Source of the DNA: an uncultured delta proteobacterium | GTDB taxonomy: Bacteria > Desulfobacterota > Desulfobacteria > Desulfobacterales > SG8-13 | NCBI GenBank assembly: GCA_963848135.1 | Contig: CAWKCK010000018.1 | Span: 262,938-326,937 of the forward strand | DNA length: 64,000 nt | Direction of reading: 5' to 3' | In this document: positions 48,211-58,255 of the stretch, one piece after another | Numbering within the stretch: the stretch's first letter is position 1 | Layout of the letters: each line of letters begins with the position of its first letter | The notes under the pieces: generated by a model | The model's database searches: none | Seen by the model: the letters and a program-made list of their open reading frames with translations, nothing else | Told to the model about the DNA's origin: nothing | Made by a program: the position numbers and the translations under genes

Positions 48211-49227
48211 TCAGGAATACTCTGTTTCGATGATGTTTATATATTTCTTACAACTGATATACTTCACATCATTGAAGTCGCTGAACAAGCGATGCAGCTT
48301 GTCTCTTGTATTCCGTAAATTATAGTAGTGTTTGAATTTATTGGTTAATGAAGCATTTTTAACTACGGGTTGAGATGGATCAACCTCCCAAGGGTGAAGG
48401 TAAAACAAATAGGTCCTGTTATCATTGAAATATCTTTTAAGACCGTACCTGATGATCGAATAGGGAATAAGGCGAAAATAACTCCCGCCGCCGAAAGGCA
48501 AAATAAACCGAACACCAGAATTTGAGCTTCGATTTCGCTTTTTTTTATAGAACGGGGATAACAAATTTGTTTCTAAGTTACTTACAGGCAATTCGTAGAA
48601 ATTTTGGGGCAGTTTGTATGCAATTGATTTTTTCTGATAACCATTTAAATTTAGACGTCCATAGCGGCCATGCAGCGAGAAGGAATTGTAGCTAGAATCA
48701 TAAGAATAACCGCATGTTGCGATGATCTTTAATTTTTGATCATCAATAGAAAAACTCGGTGCACGGTATCCGTACACTCTTGTGCCTGTGATGTCTTCGA
48801 TAAGTTTTTTGCTGTCTATCAAGTCGTTTCTAAATTCGATGTCCGTAAAATTTTTTGGCAATTCATGACGGCATCCGTGGGAAGCGACTTCGTGACCGCG
48901 GGAGATCATTTCGCGGAGAAGGCTGGGGATGCGTTGAGCGACCCAGGCCAAAACGAAAAAAGTCGCTTTATGTGGCAGAATTGGTGAACTACCCGGTGCT
49001 GCTATAATGGCAGGCCTTGACGCTATGGAACGTGCTGACACGGCATCGAACAGGTCAAGCAAACGGTGGACATTTTTTTCAACGCGGAGTTCACGCTGTC
49101 CCCAGGTATCGAAGGGTATCCACGGTTTGAAGTTCTCGACCTGAAACCAGTCTTCAACGTCAACGGTGGTTAGAAAATATTTCGATTTATCTGAGCAGTC
49201 AGTGTTAACTGTATTTATTGTGTTCAA
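48211..49227 (-). CDS. XrtA/PEP-CTERM-system polysaccharide deacetylase (CE4 with DUF3473-type C-terminus)
   Basis: TVDVEDWFQV, KATFFVL, HEVASHG, GYRAPSFS, YDSS, GGGSYFRL, FYLHPWEVDP. Start uncertain. Confidence 0.92.
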   Translation of the reverse strand: MNTINTVNTDCSDKSKYFLTTVDVEDWFQVENFKPWIPFDTWGQRELRVEKNVHRLLDLFDAVSARSIASRPAIIAAPGSSPILPHKATFFVLAWVAQRIPSLLREMISRGHEVASHGCRHELPKNFTDIEFRNDLIDSKKLIEDITGTRVYGYRAPSFSIDDQKLKIIATCGYSYDSSYNSFSLHGRYGRLNLNGYQKKSIAYKLPQNFYELPVSNLETNLLSPFYKKKRNRSSNSGVRFILPFGGGSYFRLIPYSIIRYGLKRYFNDNRTYLFYLHPWEVDPSQPVVKNASLTNKFKHYYNLRNTRDKLHRLFSDFNDVKYISCKKYINIIETEYS

Positions 49228-49273
49228 TACGTTAGTTATAAAAATATCGAAGCTTTTTTAAGCCACGCTCATT

Positions 49274-49303
49274 AAAAAGGGGGCGCAAATGGGCCCCCTT
49301 TTT
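49274..49303 (-). terminator. Intrinsic (probably bidirectional) terminator after the beta-barrel gene
   Basis: AAAAAGGGGGC-GCAAATGG-GCCCCCTTTTT stem with T-tracts on both strands, 15 bp downstream of the stop at 49319. Confidence 0.75.
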
Positions 49304-49318
49304 GTGGTTACGTATCTA

Positions 49319-50707
49319 CTAATACAGGGCTCTGTAAGGTAATTCGGTGGCAAGAGAAAGGTTGAGCAGGATACGGTTCTCAGTGTATTCATTCGCATCA
49401 ACTTCTGATGTATTCTTTCGGAAGGCATACCCTAAACGGATCGAGCCCCATCGAAATGGCTGCCAGGTGAGCCCGGCACCGGCCAAGAATCTGTCCTCAT
49501 CACGTTCGGGAATTGTATCGATATATTTATTATGTCTGTACGCACCGTATATATCTCCAATCAATCGTCTGAATATTTCCCAGTCGCCGGTGACCCCTCC
49601 GCGGTAATACCGGGTAAACCCGTAACTTTGCGCGGTAGCATTAAAATTACCAAAATCGTAGCCGGCACCGGCCTCAACCCTAACCCCTCCCCTTTTCAGA
49701 TTTTTACGTAAAACCAGATCACCGACCGCACCGTCCTGGTTGGAAGTGATGTCATTAAGCTTAAAGGCCCAACCGACGTTTATGGTCAGTAAAATATCCT
49801 CAGCGATCTCATAATTTGCCCCCACCCTGACATCATGGGTTTGGTAGTTCTCGTTTACCACGATCGTCGGTTGACCAAAACCGGGTACGGTTGAAATTAA
49901 ATTTCCGCTGGTATATTTTAAGTTACCATACGTATACTCTAAATAACCGTCAGTTGTCCTGGAAAACCGTCTTATCAGTTGCGCCCTGCCTCCCCACAGG
50001 TCAGAGTCACTCGAGGGAATACCGTCAAAATCAGCGAGTTCTTCGTAGGTGCGCCGTGAAAATGTGCCTTCTATTGTCGTGCCCCACTTGGGCCCCCAAA
50101 AATACGTGAAACCGGCAAAGCCCGTATTGACATCACTGTCTTCATATTGTTCGTTGTTGTCGTTACGGAGAATTCGATTTCGATATTCTGCAAATACTGA
50201 TTTATCGGCACCGAATTGATGGTCCACCCGCGCAGTTAAATTGTTTCGCCACCATTTATCACGGCCTTGCCGAGTGGTTGGATCCACAAACGCATCAGGG
50301 TCAGCTCTAACATCGTTGATCAATTGATCAGGATCCGGGTCCCTTGTCAGATAAAAATCGTCTCTAAGGCTGAAGGTTGTATTGCGAGTAATGTCAACAA
50401 AGCTGTTGAGACCGGCATTCAAACGCCAGTAGTTGCGATCACTATCATTACTATAAAAGGTGTATCCGGGGTCAAATGTGACATCAATCCCAGCGGTTTT
50501 TCCGGAGACTCCAGCTGTAAGGCCAAGAATGGCAGTGGTGACGAAAGCTGATTCTTTATCCTTTGGAGTGAGAAAAATATTGTCGGTATAATATGAATTG
50601 AGGCCTAAGCGCGGTATAAATGTATATTTGGCTGCAAACGCGAGAGAGGAAAGTATTGTAAGGCTGATAACTATAGAAAGAATAACCGTCTTCCTGACAT
50701 TTTTCAT
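49319..50707 (-). CDS. Outer-membrane beta-barrel protein of the EPS export system
   Basis: Signal peptide ending AFA-A, YTDNIF motif, alternating aromatic strands, C-terminal YTENRILLNLSL; next to wza. Confidence 0.8.
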   Translation of the reverse strand: MKNVRKTVILSIVISLTILSSLAFAAKYTFIPRLGLNSYYTDNIFLTPKDKESAFVTTAILGLTAGVSGKTAGIDVTFDPGYTFYSNDSDRNYWRLNAGLNSFVDITRNTTFSLRDDFYLTRDPDPDQLINDVRADPDAFVDPTTRQGRDKWWRNNLTARVDHQFGADKSVFAEYRNRILRNDNNEQYEDSDVNTGFAGFTYFWGPKWGTTIEGTFSRRTYEELADFDGIPSSDSDLWGGRAQLIRRFSRTTDGYLEYTYGNLKYTSGNLISTVPGFGQPTIVVNENYQTHDVRVGANYEIAEDILLTINVGWAFKLNDITSNQDGAVGDLVLRKNLKRGGVRVEAGAGYDFGNFNATAQSYGFTRYYRGGVTGDWEIFRRLIGDIYGAYRHNKYIDTIPERDEDRFLAGAGLTWQPFRWGSIRLGYAFRKNTSEVDANEYTENRILLNLSLATELPYRALY

Positions 50708-50839
50708 ATCATTCCTCCCGGTTTGATTTGAGTTGCAGGTAAGCTTTATTACCCATTCAGTTTAAATTTCTACGGCCCAGAATGCGATTCGACAATCGAA
50801 GGTTCGAGGGGCAGATTATAGGGCCTTAAAAACTATCCT

Positions 50840-51427
50840 CTAGGGAATAATTATCGTATCATTCGCACGGATCAGTAGATCCTGTTCCAGGTTCTTCCCT
50901 TTGGCCATGTCTTTATAATCGATCTTGTAGACTTTCTTTTGCCCGCCTTCACGCCGTATCAGAAGGATTTCGGCCTTTGACGCCCATTCGGTAAATCCAC
51001 CCGCTAACGCAAAGGCCTGCATAACCGATATATCTTTTACGAGCTTATATTCACCGGTCCTTTGAACCTCACCAAGTATATAAAATTTTTTGCTTTCAGG
51101 TTCTTTCACTGTAACTGTAACGACGGGGCTGGCAACATAATTTTTGAGTCCAGTCTCTATGATATCCTTCAGCATCAGCGGCGTAAGTCCGGCTGCCTGC
51201 ACGTCGTTTAAAAGTGGGAAACTGATTTTTCCGTCTATTCTTACAAGAACATCATCTAGCGTAAAATCGGGTTCTTTCCACGTGACAATTTTAAGAATAT
51301 CCCCGGAATCTATCACATATGATGCTTCCGCTGAAACTGTTCGCATCTTCTTTTTGTTTCCATTGTCAGCGTATCCGTTCATAGCAATAAAAATAATGAT
51401 TATTGCTAAAATGTATTTAATTTTCAT
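50840..51427 (-). CDS. wza: Polysaccharide biosynthesis/export protein (short Wza/OPX)
   Basis: YVIDSGDILKI, VRIDGKISFPLLNDVQAAGLT (Poly_export), ILGEVQRTG and ALAGGFT (SLBB). Confidence 0.93.
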   Translation of the reverse strand: MKIKYILAIIIIFIAMNGYADNGNKKKMRTVSAEASYVIDSGDILKIVTWKEPDFTLDDVLVRIDGKISFPLLNDVQAAGLTPLMLKDIIETGLKNYVASPVVTVTVKEPESKKFYILGEVQRTGEYKLVKDISVMQAFALAGGFTEWASKAEILLIRREGGQKKVYKIDYKDMAKGKNLEQDLLIRANDTIIIP

Positions 51428-51620
51428 ATTTTTTATCTCCTTCTTTTTGTTGGCTCTTGAGTTATCCGGTGCCTGATTTTTATTGCTTTCGTGTTTAACC
51501 CTCTAACTCCGGGTTGCTTCATCAAATATTTTGATACGATATACATAATTTATTGCGATGTTATATACAAGAGGCACAGTATAGAATAATTATTCAAAAT
51601 GTCGATTAACCCGTTGGCGT

Positions 51621-53012
51621 TTACCTGGCCCCTCTCCCAAAAATGACAATCTTTATGGTTTTAAGTATGATGATTAAGTCCATAAATGTTGCCAGGTTTT
51701 TAATGTAAAATAAATCGTAATTTAGCTTTTGAACCGCATCTTCCTCGGTCGCTCCATATCCGTAACTGATCTGGGCCCAACCCGTAATTCCAGGTTTTAC
51801 CGTAAATCGCTCCCCGTAGTATGGAATCTTTTTTAAAAGAATATCGACAAAATATTTTCTTTCCGGTCGCGGACCGACGAGGCTCATTTCACCCTTCAAA
51901 ACGTTAAATAATTGCGGTAGCTCATCGATCCTCAGTCTCCTGATAATCTTGCCGACTCTGGTGATTCGCTGGTCGTCTTCACCTGCCCATACGGGGCCGC
52001 TTTTCTTCTCGGCATCCGCAACCATTGACCGGAATTTATACATCATGTATTGTTTGCGGCCCTGCCCGACCCTCTTTTGTGAAAATATAATGGGTCCGGC
52101 AGAGTCTAACCGGATCAAAATTGAGGTTAAAATAAATAGAGGTGCAAATAGAAGTATCATAAGGACCGCGAAAAAGAGATCTGTAGACCTTTTTACGATT
52201 CTTTTAAACGCCGATTTTCTGAAACCGTCTGAAAAAATTAACCAAGAAGGATTAATTTGGTCAACGATCAATTTCCCGGTTAGCATTTCATAAAAGCTGT
52301 TTCCTTCTATGACCTCTATTCCATCGACCTTACATTTTAATAACGCTTTTGTCGGAAACTCCCCCCGCCTTTCTTTAATGGCGACAACAATAGTACTGAT
52401 TTTCAGTTTTTTGGCAAGTTCACAAATGCCCTGGTATCCCTTCTTGCGAATGCAGGGTGAATCCGCTTCGAGCACAGTATCGCGGTGATGTTTTCCCAAT
52501 ACAATGCAAGCGATATTATAGCCACAGTCTTCTCTCTGTTTGATTTCGTTGACTATCTGTTGGGCCATTTCATCGGCGCCAAGAATAATTATCGGTTTAT
52601 TGAATAATCCTCTTTTTAGTATTTCGGAATAACCAATTCGCCATGACATTATCATAATGGCAATTAGTAAAATACTGTATGACAGGAAGCGGTATTCGAT
52701 TATGGCGGCGGGGAAGATAAAATAGATGATCGAAACAATAATTGCTGTCATTCCTAAAGCCTGCAGCAATTTTACAGTTATTACTTTTAGTTTAATGTCG
52801 AAATATTCGTAAAGATCAAGATAATACAAGCAAACTTGACAAATAAAAGTAAACAGCAATGCCTTGTAAAATACTTCTGAATCGGCTGGAAAACCGCCCA
52901 AATTGGCCACGACAGTCGTTGTAACCGCAACAGTCGCCCAAATAATAAGGCCTTCAACCAAAACGAAAATAATGTTTCGTATCGGATAATATTGTTTGAA
53001 TATTCTAAGCAT
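51621..53012 (-). CDS. Priming polyprenyl glycosylphosphotransferase, XrtA/PEP-CTERM-associated type (TIGR03013-like)
   Basis: MLRIFKQYYPIR start, KFRSM, RIDELPQLFNVLKGEMSLVGPRPER, KPGITGWAQ, YDLFYIKN. Confidence 0.95.
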   Translation of the reverse strand: MLRIFKQYYPIRNIIFVLVEGLIIWATVAVTTTVVANLGGFPADSEVFYKALLFTFICQVCLYYLDLYEYFDIKLKVITVKLLQALGMTAIIVSIIYFIFPAAIIEYRFLSYSILLIAIMIMSWRIGYSEILKRGLFNKPIIILGADEMAQQIVNEIKQREDCGYNIACIVLGKHHRDTVLEADSPCIRKKGYQGICELAKKLKISTIVVAIKERRGEFPTKALLKCKVDGIEVIEGNSFYEMLTGKLIVDQINPSWLIFSDGFRKSAFKRIVKRSTDLFFAVLMILLFAPLFILTSILIRLDSAGPIIFSQKRVGQGRKQYMMYKFRSMVADAEKKSGPVWAGEDDQRITRVGKIIRRLRIDELPQLFNVLKGEMSLVGPRPERKYFVDILLKKIPYYGERFTVKPGITGWAQISYGYGATEEDAVQKLNYDLFYIKNLATFMDLIIILKTIKIVIFGRGAR

Positions 53013-53065
53013 TTGACCGTTCTACATGTGTTTAAATAAAGTATACATACTATTTTTGTCGTTCA

Positions 53066-54481
53066 TTAATCAATTTTATAATATTTCCCGTATTTATGGT
53101 AATTGGCATAAAATCCGGATTTCAGGTTAAACCCATTGAATATAACTCCCCTTATTTTATCTCTTCCTATAAGCCCTATCGTTTCCTCGATAACCTCCCT
53201 TTTTGTTTTACCTGCCCTTACGACCAGCAAAACACACTCTACAAAACGGGACAGCGCACTCGCTTCTGAAGCCAATTTGGGGGGTGGCGTATCAATAATT
53301 ATACATCGATCCTTGTATCTCGATGTGAGTTCTTTTAACAATTCAACCATTTTTTCCGAAGAGACAAGTTCAGATGGATTGTTTGAAGGGCTTCCGCCTG
53401 GAAGAATCTTGAGTTTTTCCAAATGAGTGTCGCGTATGATCGATGAAATCGGTTTGTTTTCGGAAAGATAATCGCTCAAACCACTGATATTCATCGGATA
53501 CCCGAATCTTGTATGTATCTCTGGACGTCGAATATCGGCATCTACGAGAAGAACGTGCTGCCCGAGTCCCAAGGCTAAACTAATGGCCAAGTTTGCAGCG
53601 ACAAAGGATTTACCATCTCCCGGCAATGCACTGGTCACTAATATAGAACGGGGTGCAACGCCTGATTCAGGAAAAAGAATGTTCGTTCTTAGTAGTTTGA
53701 ATTGTTCTGACTCAAACGATTTGGGGTTATGTAATGTTATCAGCGATTCATCTATAACCGGTTCGGCAGCATCGGATTTTGTTTTACGCAAGTCTATATT
53801 CGCAGCACTATGCTTTTGGTCAATACTGTAATTATCTGGGCTTTCTTTAAATATAACTTTGGTATCTTTTTCTTTAGCAATAATCGGATGATCTGAGCCA
53901 ACTGTATCGGTTTTAGCCCTGTTTATCTCTATGGGAACAGTTGGTTTTGTGGAGATATTATTCTTGAATTCTGGATCATTTATTTTGTTTTCTTGTTTAG
54001 CGTTCGAAGCATCGTCAGGCTCAGTGGTTGATGCCTCTTGCCTAAAGCTTTGGTAATTATTCCCACGACCGATTTTATCTTTTTCAGAAAAAAGCTTTTT
54101 ATTCGCACCTTTTATCACATCGCGAATTTCAGCACCACCTTGGATATCGCCATTGCTTTTTGATTTACTTTGTATTCCGCTTGTAGGTGATGATCCGGGT
54201 TCATCTGTGCTCAACAATTTATTTTTTATATGCTTCCTATCTGCTTGAATGATTCTTTTACTGCGGTTTTCCCTGACATCTTTATCGAATAGCAATTCAT
54301 GTATTTGCTTCAGTTCTGCCCCATCTACCGGACCTATCTTTGATTTATTTTGGTTTTTTGGGCCTGTTTCTGTCGTTATATTGGCTGGTTTAATTACCGG
54401 GCCAAACGTTCTCAGGTTTTTGCCGGCTTTGTCTTTTTGTTCTTTTTTCGACTTTTCTAACGCCTTATATATCTTTCCCAT
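53066..54481 (-). CDS. BY-kinase (CpsD/CapB-type polysaccharide tyrosine autokinase) with a long N-terminal linker
   Basis: MGKIYKALEK, EQFKLLRT, SALPGDGKS Walker A, VDADIRRP, IIDTPP, C-terminal Tyr cluster FYANYHKYGKYY. Confidence 0.93.
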   Translation of the reverse strand: MGKIYKALEKSKKEQKDKAGKNLRTFGPVIKPANITTETGPKNQNKSKIGPVDGAELKQIHELLFDKDVRENRSKRIIQADRKHIKNKLLSTDEPGSSPTSGIQSKSKSNGDIQGGAEIRDVIKGANKKLFSEKDKIGRGNNYQSFRQEASTTEPDDASNAKQENKINDPEFKNNISTKPTVPIEINRAKTDTVGSDHPIIAKEKDTKVIFKESPDNYSIDQKHSAANIDLRKTKSDAAEPVIDESLITLHNPKSFESEQFKLLRTNILFPESGVAPRSILVTSALPGDGKSFVAANLAISLALGLGQHVLLVDADIRRPEIHTRFGYPMNISGLSDYLSENKPISSIIRDTHLEKLKILPGGSPSNNPSELVSSEKMVELLKELTSRYKDRCIIIDTPPPKLASEASALSRFVECVLLVVRAGKTKREVIEETIGLIGRDKIRGVIFNGFNLKSGFYANYHKYGKYYKID

Positions 54482-54520
54482 TTTTTCACCCTATGCAACT
54501 AAAATTAAATTGACCGGATA

Positions 54521-56039
54521 TTAAATCTTCATGTAGTTTTCGTAGTACTCAATGGCCTTGTCCAGGCCTACCCAGGTGATGAATGAAAAGGTACTTATCA
54601 AGACAAGAGTTAGAATGGCAAACAAACTACAAAATGCTGCCCCTAGTTTTTCTTTCATGATTTCTGAATTTTTCCGGTAGCCAATGGGGATGGCGGCGAT
54701 GATTGGCAGTTTAAAATCTTTCTCGATATTTTCCGGTTTTCTGTAAGTTGAATCTGTATACTCCAATAAGTAAGCCAAACCGAAACCAAGCCCGAGACCT
54801 ATCGCTATTGTCATTAAGAATATCCGCTTAACATTGGGTTCAATCGGCCTTATCGGTATCTGGGCACGGTCAATTACTTGAAATTGCTCACCTTTTTGTT
54901 TCTTTTCCATACTCACGGATATTTCCGACTCGAGTTTTCTTTTTAATAACGAACTATACAAAGTGTTCATATTATCATAATCTCGCCGGAGAGATATCAA
55001 TTCCTGTTCTCTTTTCGGTGTCTCTTCAACGCGTCTTTGATATGTATAAATTTGTGACTGAATATTATTTATCTGGTTTTCCAGCGTTACTATTTCTCGG
55101 GTAAGCTCGGATCTTTTTCGCGCAAGTGTCGCGCCCCCTCCGGCGCGATAACTTCTACCTTGGCCGCCTTGCTGGTTTTGCAATTCGGTAATGCGATTTT
55201 TTAACCGAATGACATCAGGATGACTTTCCGTATACCGCATCAGCATATTAGCCAGCTGTCTTTCCATTGCTTCGATATCATAGGGATTCGAAGTTTGGCC
55301 TTCGTCGGATCTATACTGGTTTTCCACTTCGGCTAATCTGAGTTTTATATCCCGAAGGCTGGCCTCTTTTGAGGTCAATTGATTCTGAAGCCCTTGCAAT
55401 CGCGATAAATTACTGTTGAGTTGCTCCGGCAGTTCGCCCATGAATTGCTGCCGGTACTCTTTTAGCTCCGCTTCCATCAGCAGCAATCTCTTTCTCACGT
55501 TTTCAAGCTCATCTTCTAAGAACTCATTCGTACCCGCCGCCTGAAATTCCCTTTCGGTAAGGCTGTTGGCGATAAAATAGTCCGTCAGGGCATTTGCAAT
55601 TTCCATCACCTTTGTCGGATTGTAACCTTTATACGTTATCGAAAATGTATCTGCGCCTCGTGCGATCCCTTGAACGTTGATACTAATATTTGATTTTAAG
55701 ACCTTCAATAACATCCTCTATATAAACATTATTTCCGTTTTTGGGCATCAGATCAAAGTCCATGATTATCTTTTCAAGATTTGCCCTGCTCATTATTTGC
55801 TGAGAAATGGTGCTGAGCTTCGATTCGGCGTCATCGGTCACCACCGATCTGACAAAATTTTCCGGAACCTTTTGCGGCTGTACAATGACGATTGTACCGG
55901 CTTTATAGATTTTCGGCGTCGTAAAGGCTATGTACATACCAATGATAATCGTACAAAATATAGGTATAAGTATGACCCAGCGCCTTCTGCGAACAATATC
56001 TAAAATATCTTTCGATGTAATCATACTTTCAGATTTCAT
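54521..56039 (-). pseudogene. Polysaccharide co-polymerase (Wzz/GumC-like) split by a +1 frameshift at about 55695 (possibly an assembly error)
   Basis: N part RRRWVILIP...QPQKVPENFVRS...QQIMSRANL and C part YTESHPDV...GEQFQVIDRA join if one A is removed from CTTAAAATCA. Confidence 0.88.
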
Positions 56040-56059
56040 GTTGTACCCCGTAGTAACTG

Positions 56060-57477
56060 TTAATTTATATCAAATTGCTTAATCTTGTTCAGCAACGACT
56101 TATAACTCACTTCTAAAAGTGATGCCGCCTTTTTCCTATTCCAATTTACATTTTTCAATACTTTTTCAATCAGTTTTTTCTCGGTTGCAGCGATAAATTC
56201 GTCTCGAATTGACTTCAGAGAATAGTTGTTAATCTCTTTCAATATTTTTTTTATTTTCGCATGACTATAGAATGGGTCAGTCGAGCTGTTTAAATGAGCC
56301 CTGGCTTCCTGCGGTCTTTGACATTCGGCATAATATATCCGTTTTAGGATCGCATCTTCATCCCCTGCTATTATAATTTGTTTAATCACAGTCGCAAGTT
56401 CTTTTATATTACCAGGCCACGGATATTTTGAAAAACAATCTTTGGCGACGGCTGAAATATTACGGTAACTTTCACCCAATTCAAAACAATATTTGTAGCC
56501 TAAAAAATCTGTCAACAACGGGATGTCTCCAGCCCTCTCCCGAAGCGGCGGTATCCTGATATTCAGAACTTTCAGGCGATAAAAGAGTTCCTTGCGGAAT
56601 AATCCGCTTTTGACCAAGCCGATAGATTTTTTGAGGTAGATACGATCAGTCTAATTTGCGGTTTAGGATTTTCACCGGGTCTCGTTACCATTTTCCAATA
56701 CCTGAACAATCTTTGCCTGTAGCGATCAGCGGAAGGGCTTCAACTCTCTTTATGAATACGGTGAATTTTCCTTCATTGTTAAGCATTCCATTTTTTTTTC
56801 TTTGATGCTTGGCGACATTAATTCCATTATATCCGAATAGCTCGTCATCCAGCAATTGATAGGGCAATTTTACTGCGTTGATCTTAATAAAAGGATGTAT
56901 CACGCCACTCTGAATCCGAGTGAAGCGCCCTTGCAAATAGTTCTTTTCCGGTTCCCGGTTCCCCTTCAATCAAAACGACCTCTTTGGTTTGATTAAGTTT
57001 TGAGATCAGTCCACGCAATTTGAACATTTCGGGACTGTTCCCAATAATCAGAGGCTTGCTGACTTCGGCTTTAAGTTGGATGGACGGATCCAATACACGG
57101 GTAATAACCGATCTGATTTTGTTTACCGGCGTGTTTCTCTTTATGACTTGTACATCGAGAAATTGATTATTCTTGATATAGTCCCTGACCGCGCTGTCGC
57201 CTGACATTATTAACATCGGCAGGCTGTGTTTTACGATTTTCAGTGAATTTATGAACCGGACGACATTGTCCGCGATAAGATTTCCCGAAATAACCAGATC
57301 CGGGTTGAGTGGGGCCAGATTTTCCAGGCAAATGAACATATTTTCAAAAGTGAACGGCAGATACCCCCATCTTGAGATCATTGATTTCAGGTAATCTCGG
57401 CGGGATTTGTCTGTTTCGAGGAGAACAATTTTATGTTGGTTTGTTTGAAGCATCGATTTTGGGGTTTGCGGGCGCAT
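56060..57477 (-). pseudogene. Atypical NtrC/Fis-family enhancer-binding protein (REC-like, AAA+, HTH) broken by about four indels
   Basis: GEPGTGKE, FIKINA...DDELFG, SLQAKIVQVLE (recovered by frame shift), FRKELFYRL, WPGNIKEL and a Fis HTH WNRKKAASLLEVSYKSL, spread over ORFs 56884-57537, 56685-56969 and 56060-56617. Confidence 0.85.
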
Positions 57478-57732
57478 GCCGGAAAAATCGTGGCAATTGT
57501 TAAGAGATTCGACGACCGTTATCGTAATGTCAAGCAAAGTCGTATGCGCGCCTATAGCTCCGCCTTGCCGATTCCATCCTCACTATCAACATATATATCT
57601 GTTTTTATTATATTTATTTACGAAAAGTAGCAGGATTGATAACGAGCATCAACGCCCGGCAGAACCGGCTCCCAACACGATAAATACACCCAGGTGGCAT
57701 TGGGCACTGTGAAAAAGTTGAACCTTCTTATT

Positions 57733-57749
57733 AGCAATTTATGTGCCGA
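57733..57749 (-). promoter_or_regulatory. Putative sigma-54 (-24/-12) promoter at the head of the EPS operon
   Basis: Minus strand TCGGCACATAAATTGCT: GG-N10-GC with GGCAC and TTGC, preceded by a long AT-rich region. Confidence 0.72.
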
Positions 57750-58255
57750 TTACCTACTAAAATGAGAAAAAGAGGTAAATATGAGAAAAAATGTATGAGC
57801 TATGTATTTATTTACAGCATTTATGTATGTTTTTTACCAAATAATGACCCCAATTGACGGTATTTTGTAATAGTTTCAATATGGGTTTAACAATAAGGTC
57901 GGCTTGAAAATGGTAATTATTTCCTTAATAAATAGGTAAAAAAAGTATAAATTGTGTAATAGTTTTTCCTTTTTACAATACGGACCTTGCCTTACGTGCC
58001 GGACACAGAAAACATATGCGTATTTCAGGGTATGCATCTTGACCCTTTCGACATGGTAAAATAAGTAACACCCTCGCGTCAGCGATTATTCCATGGAGGG
58101 AGCATCGGTGCATCACTATTCGCCAATTGACCATTAGGTAGCGTTTCAATAAAGGCGTGCTTATCCCCACACCCGAGAAATATTCGCCGTGTGAAGGCAT
58201 TATTTTACCAGATTTCCGCATAAATTTATATCTATTTTCAAGGTAAATAAAAAAA

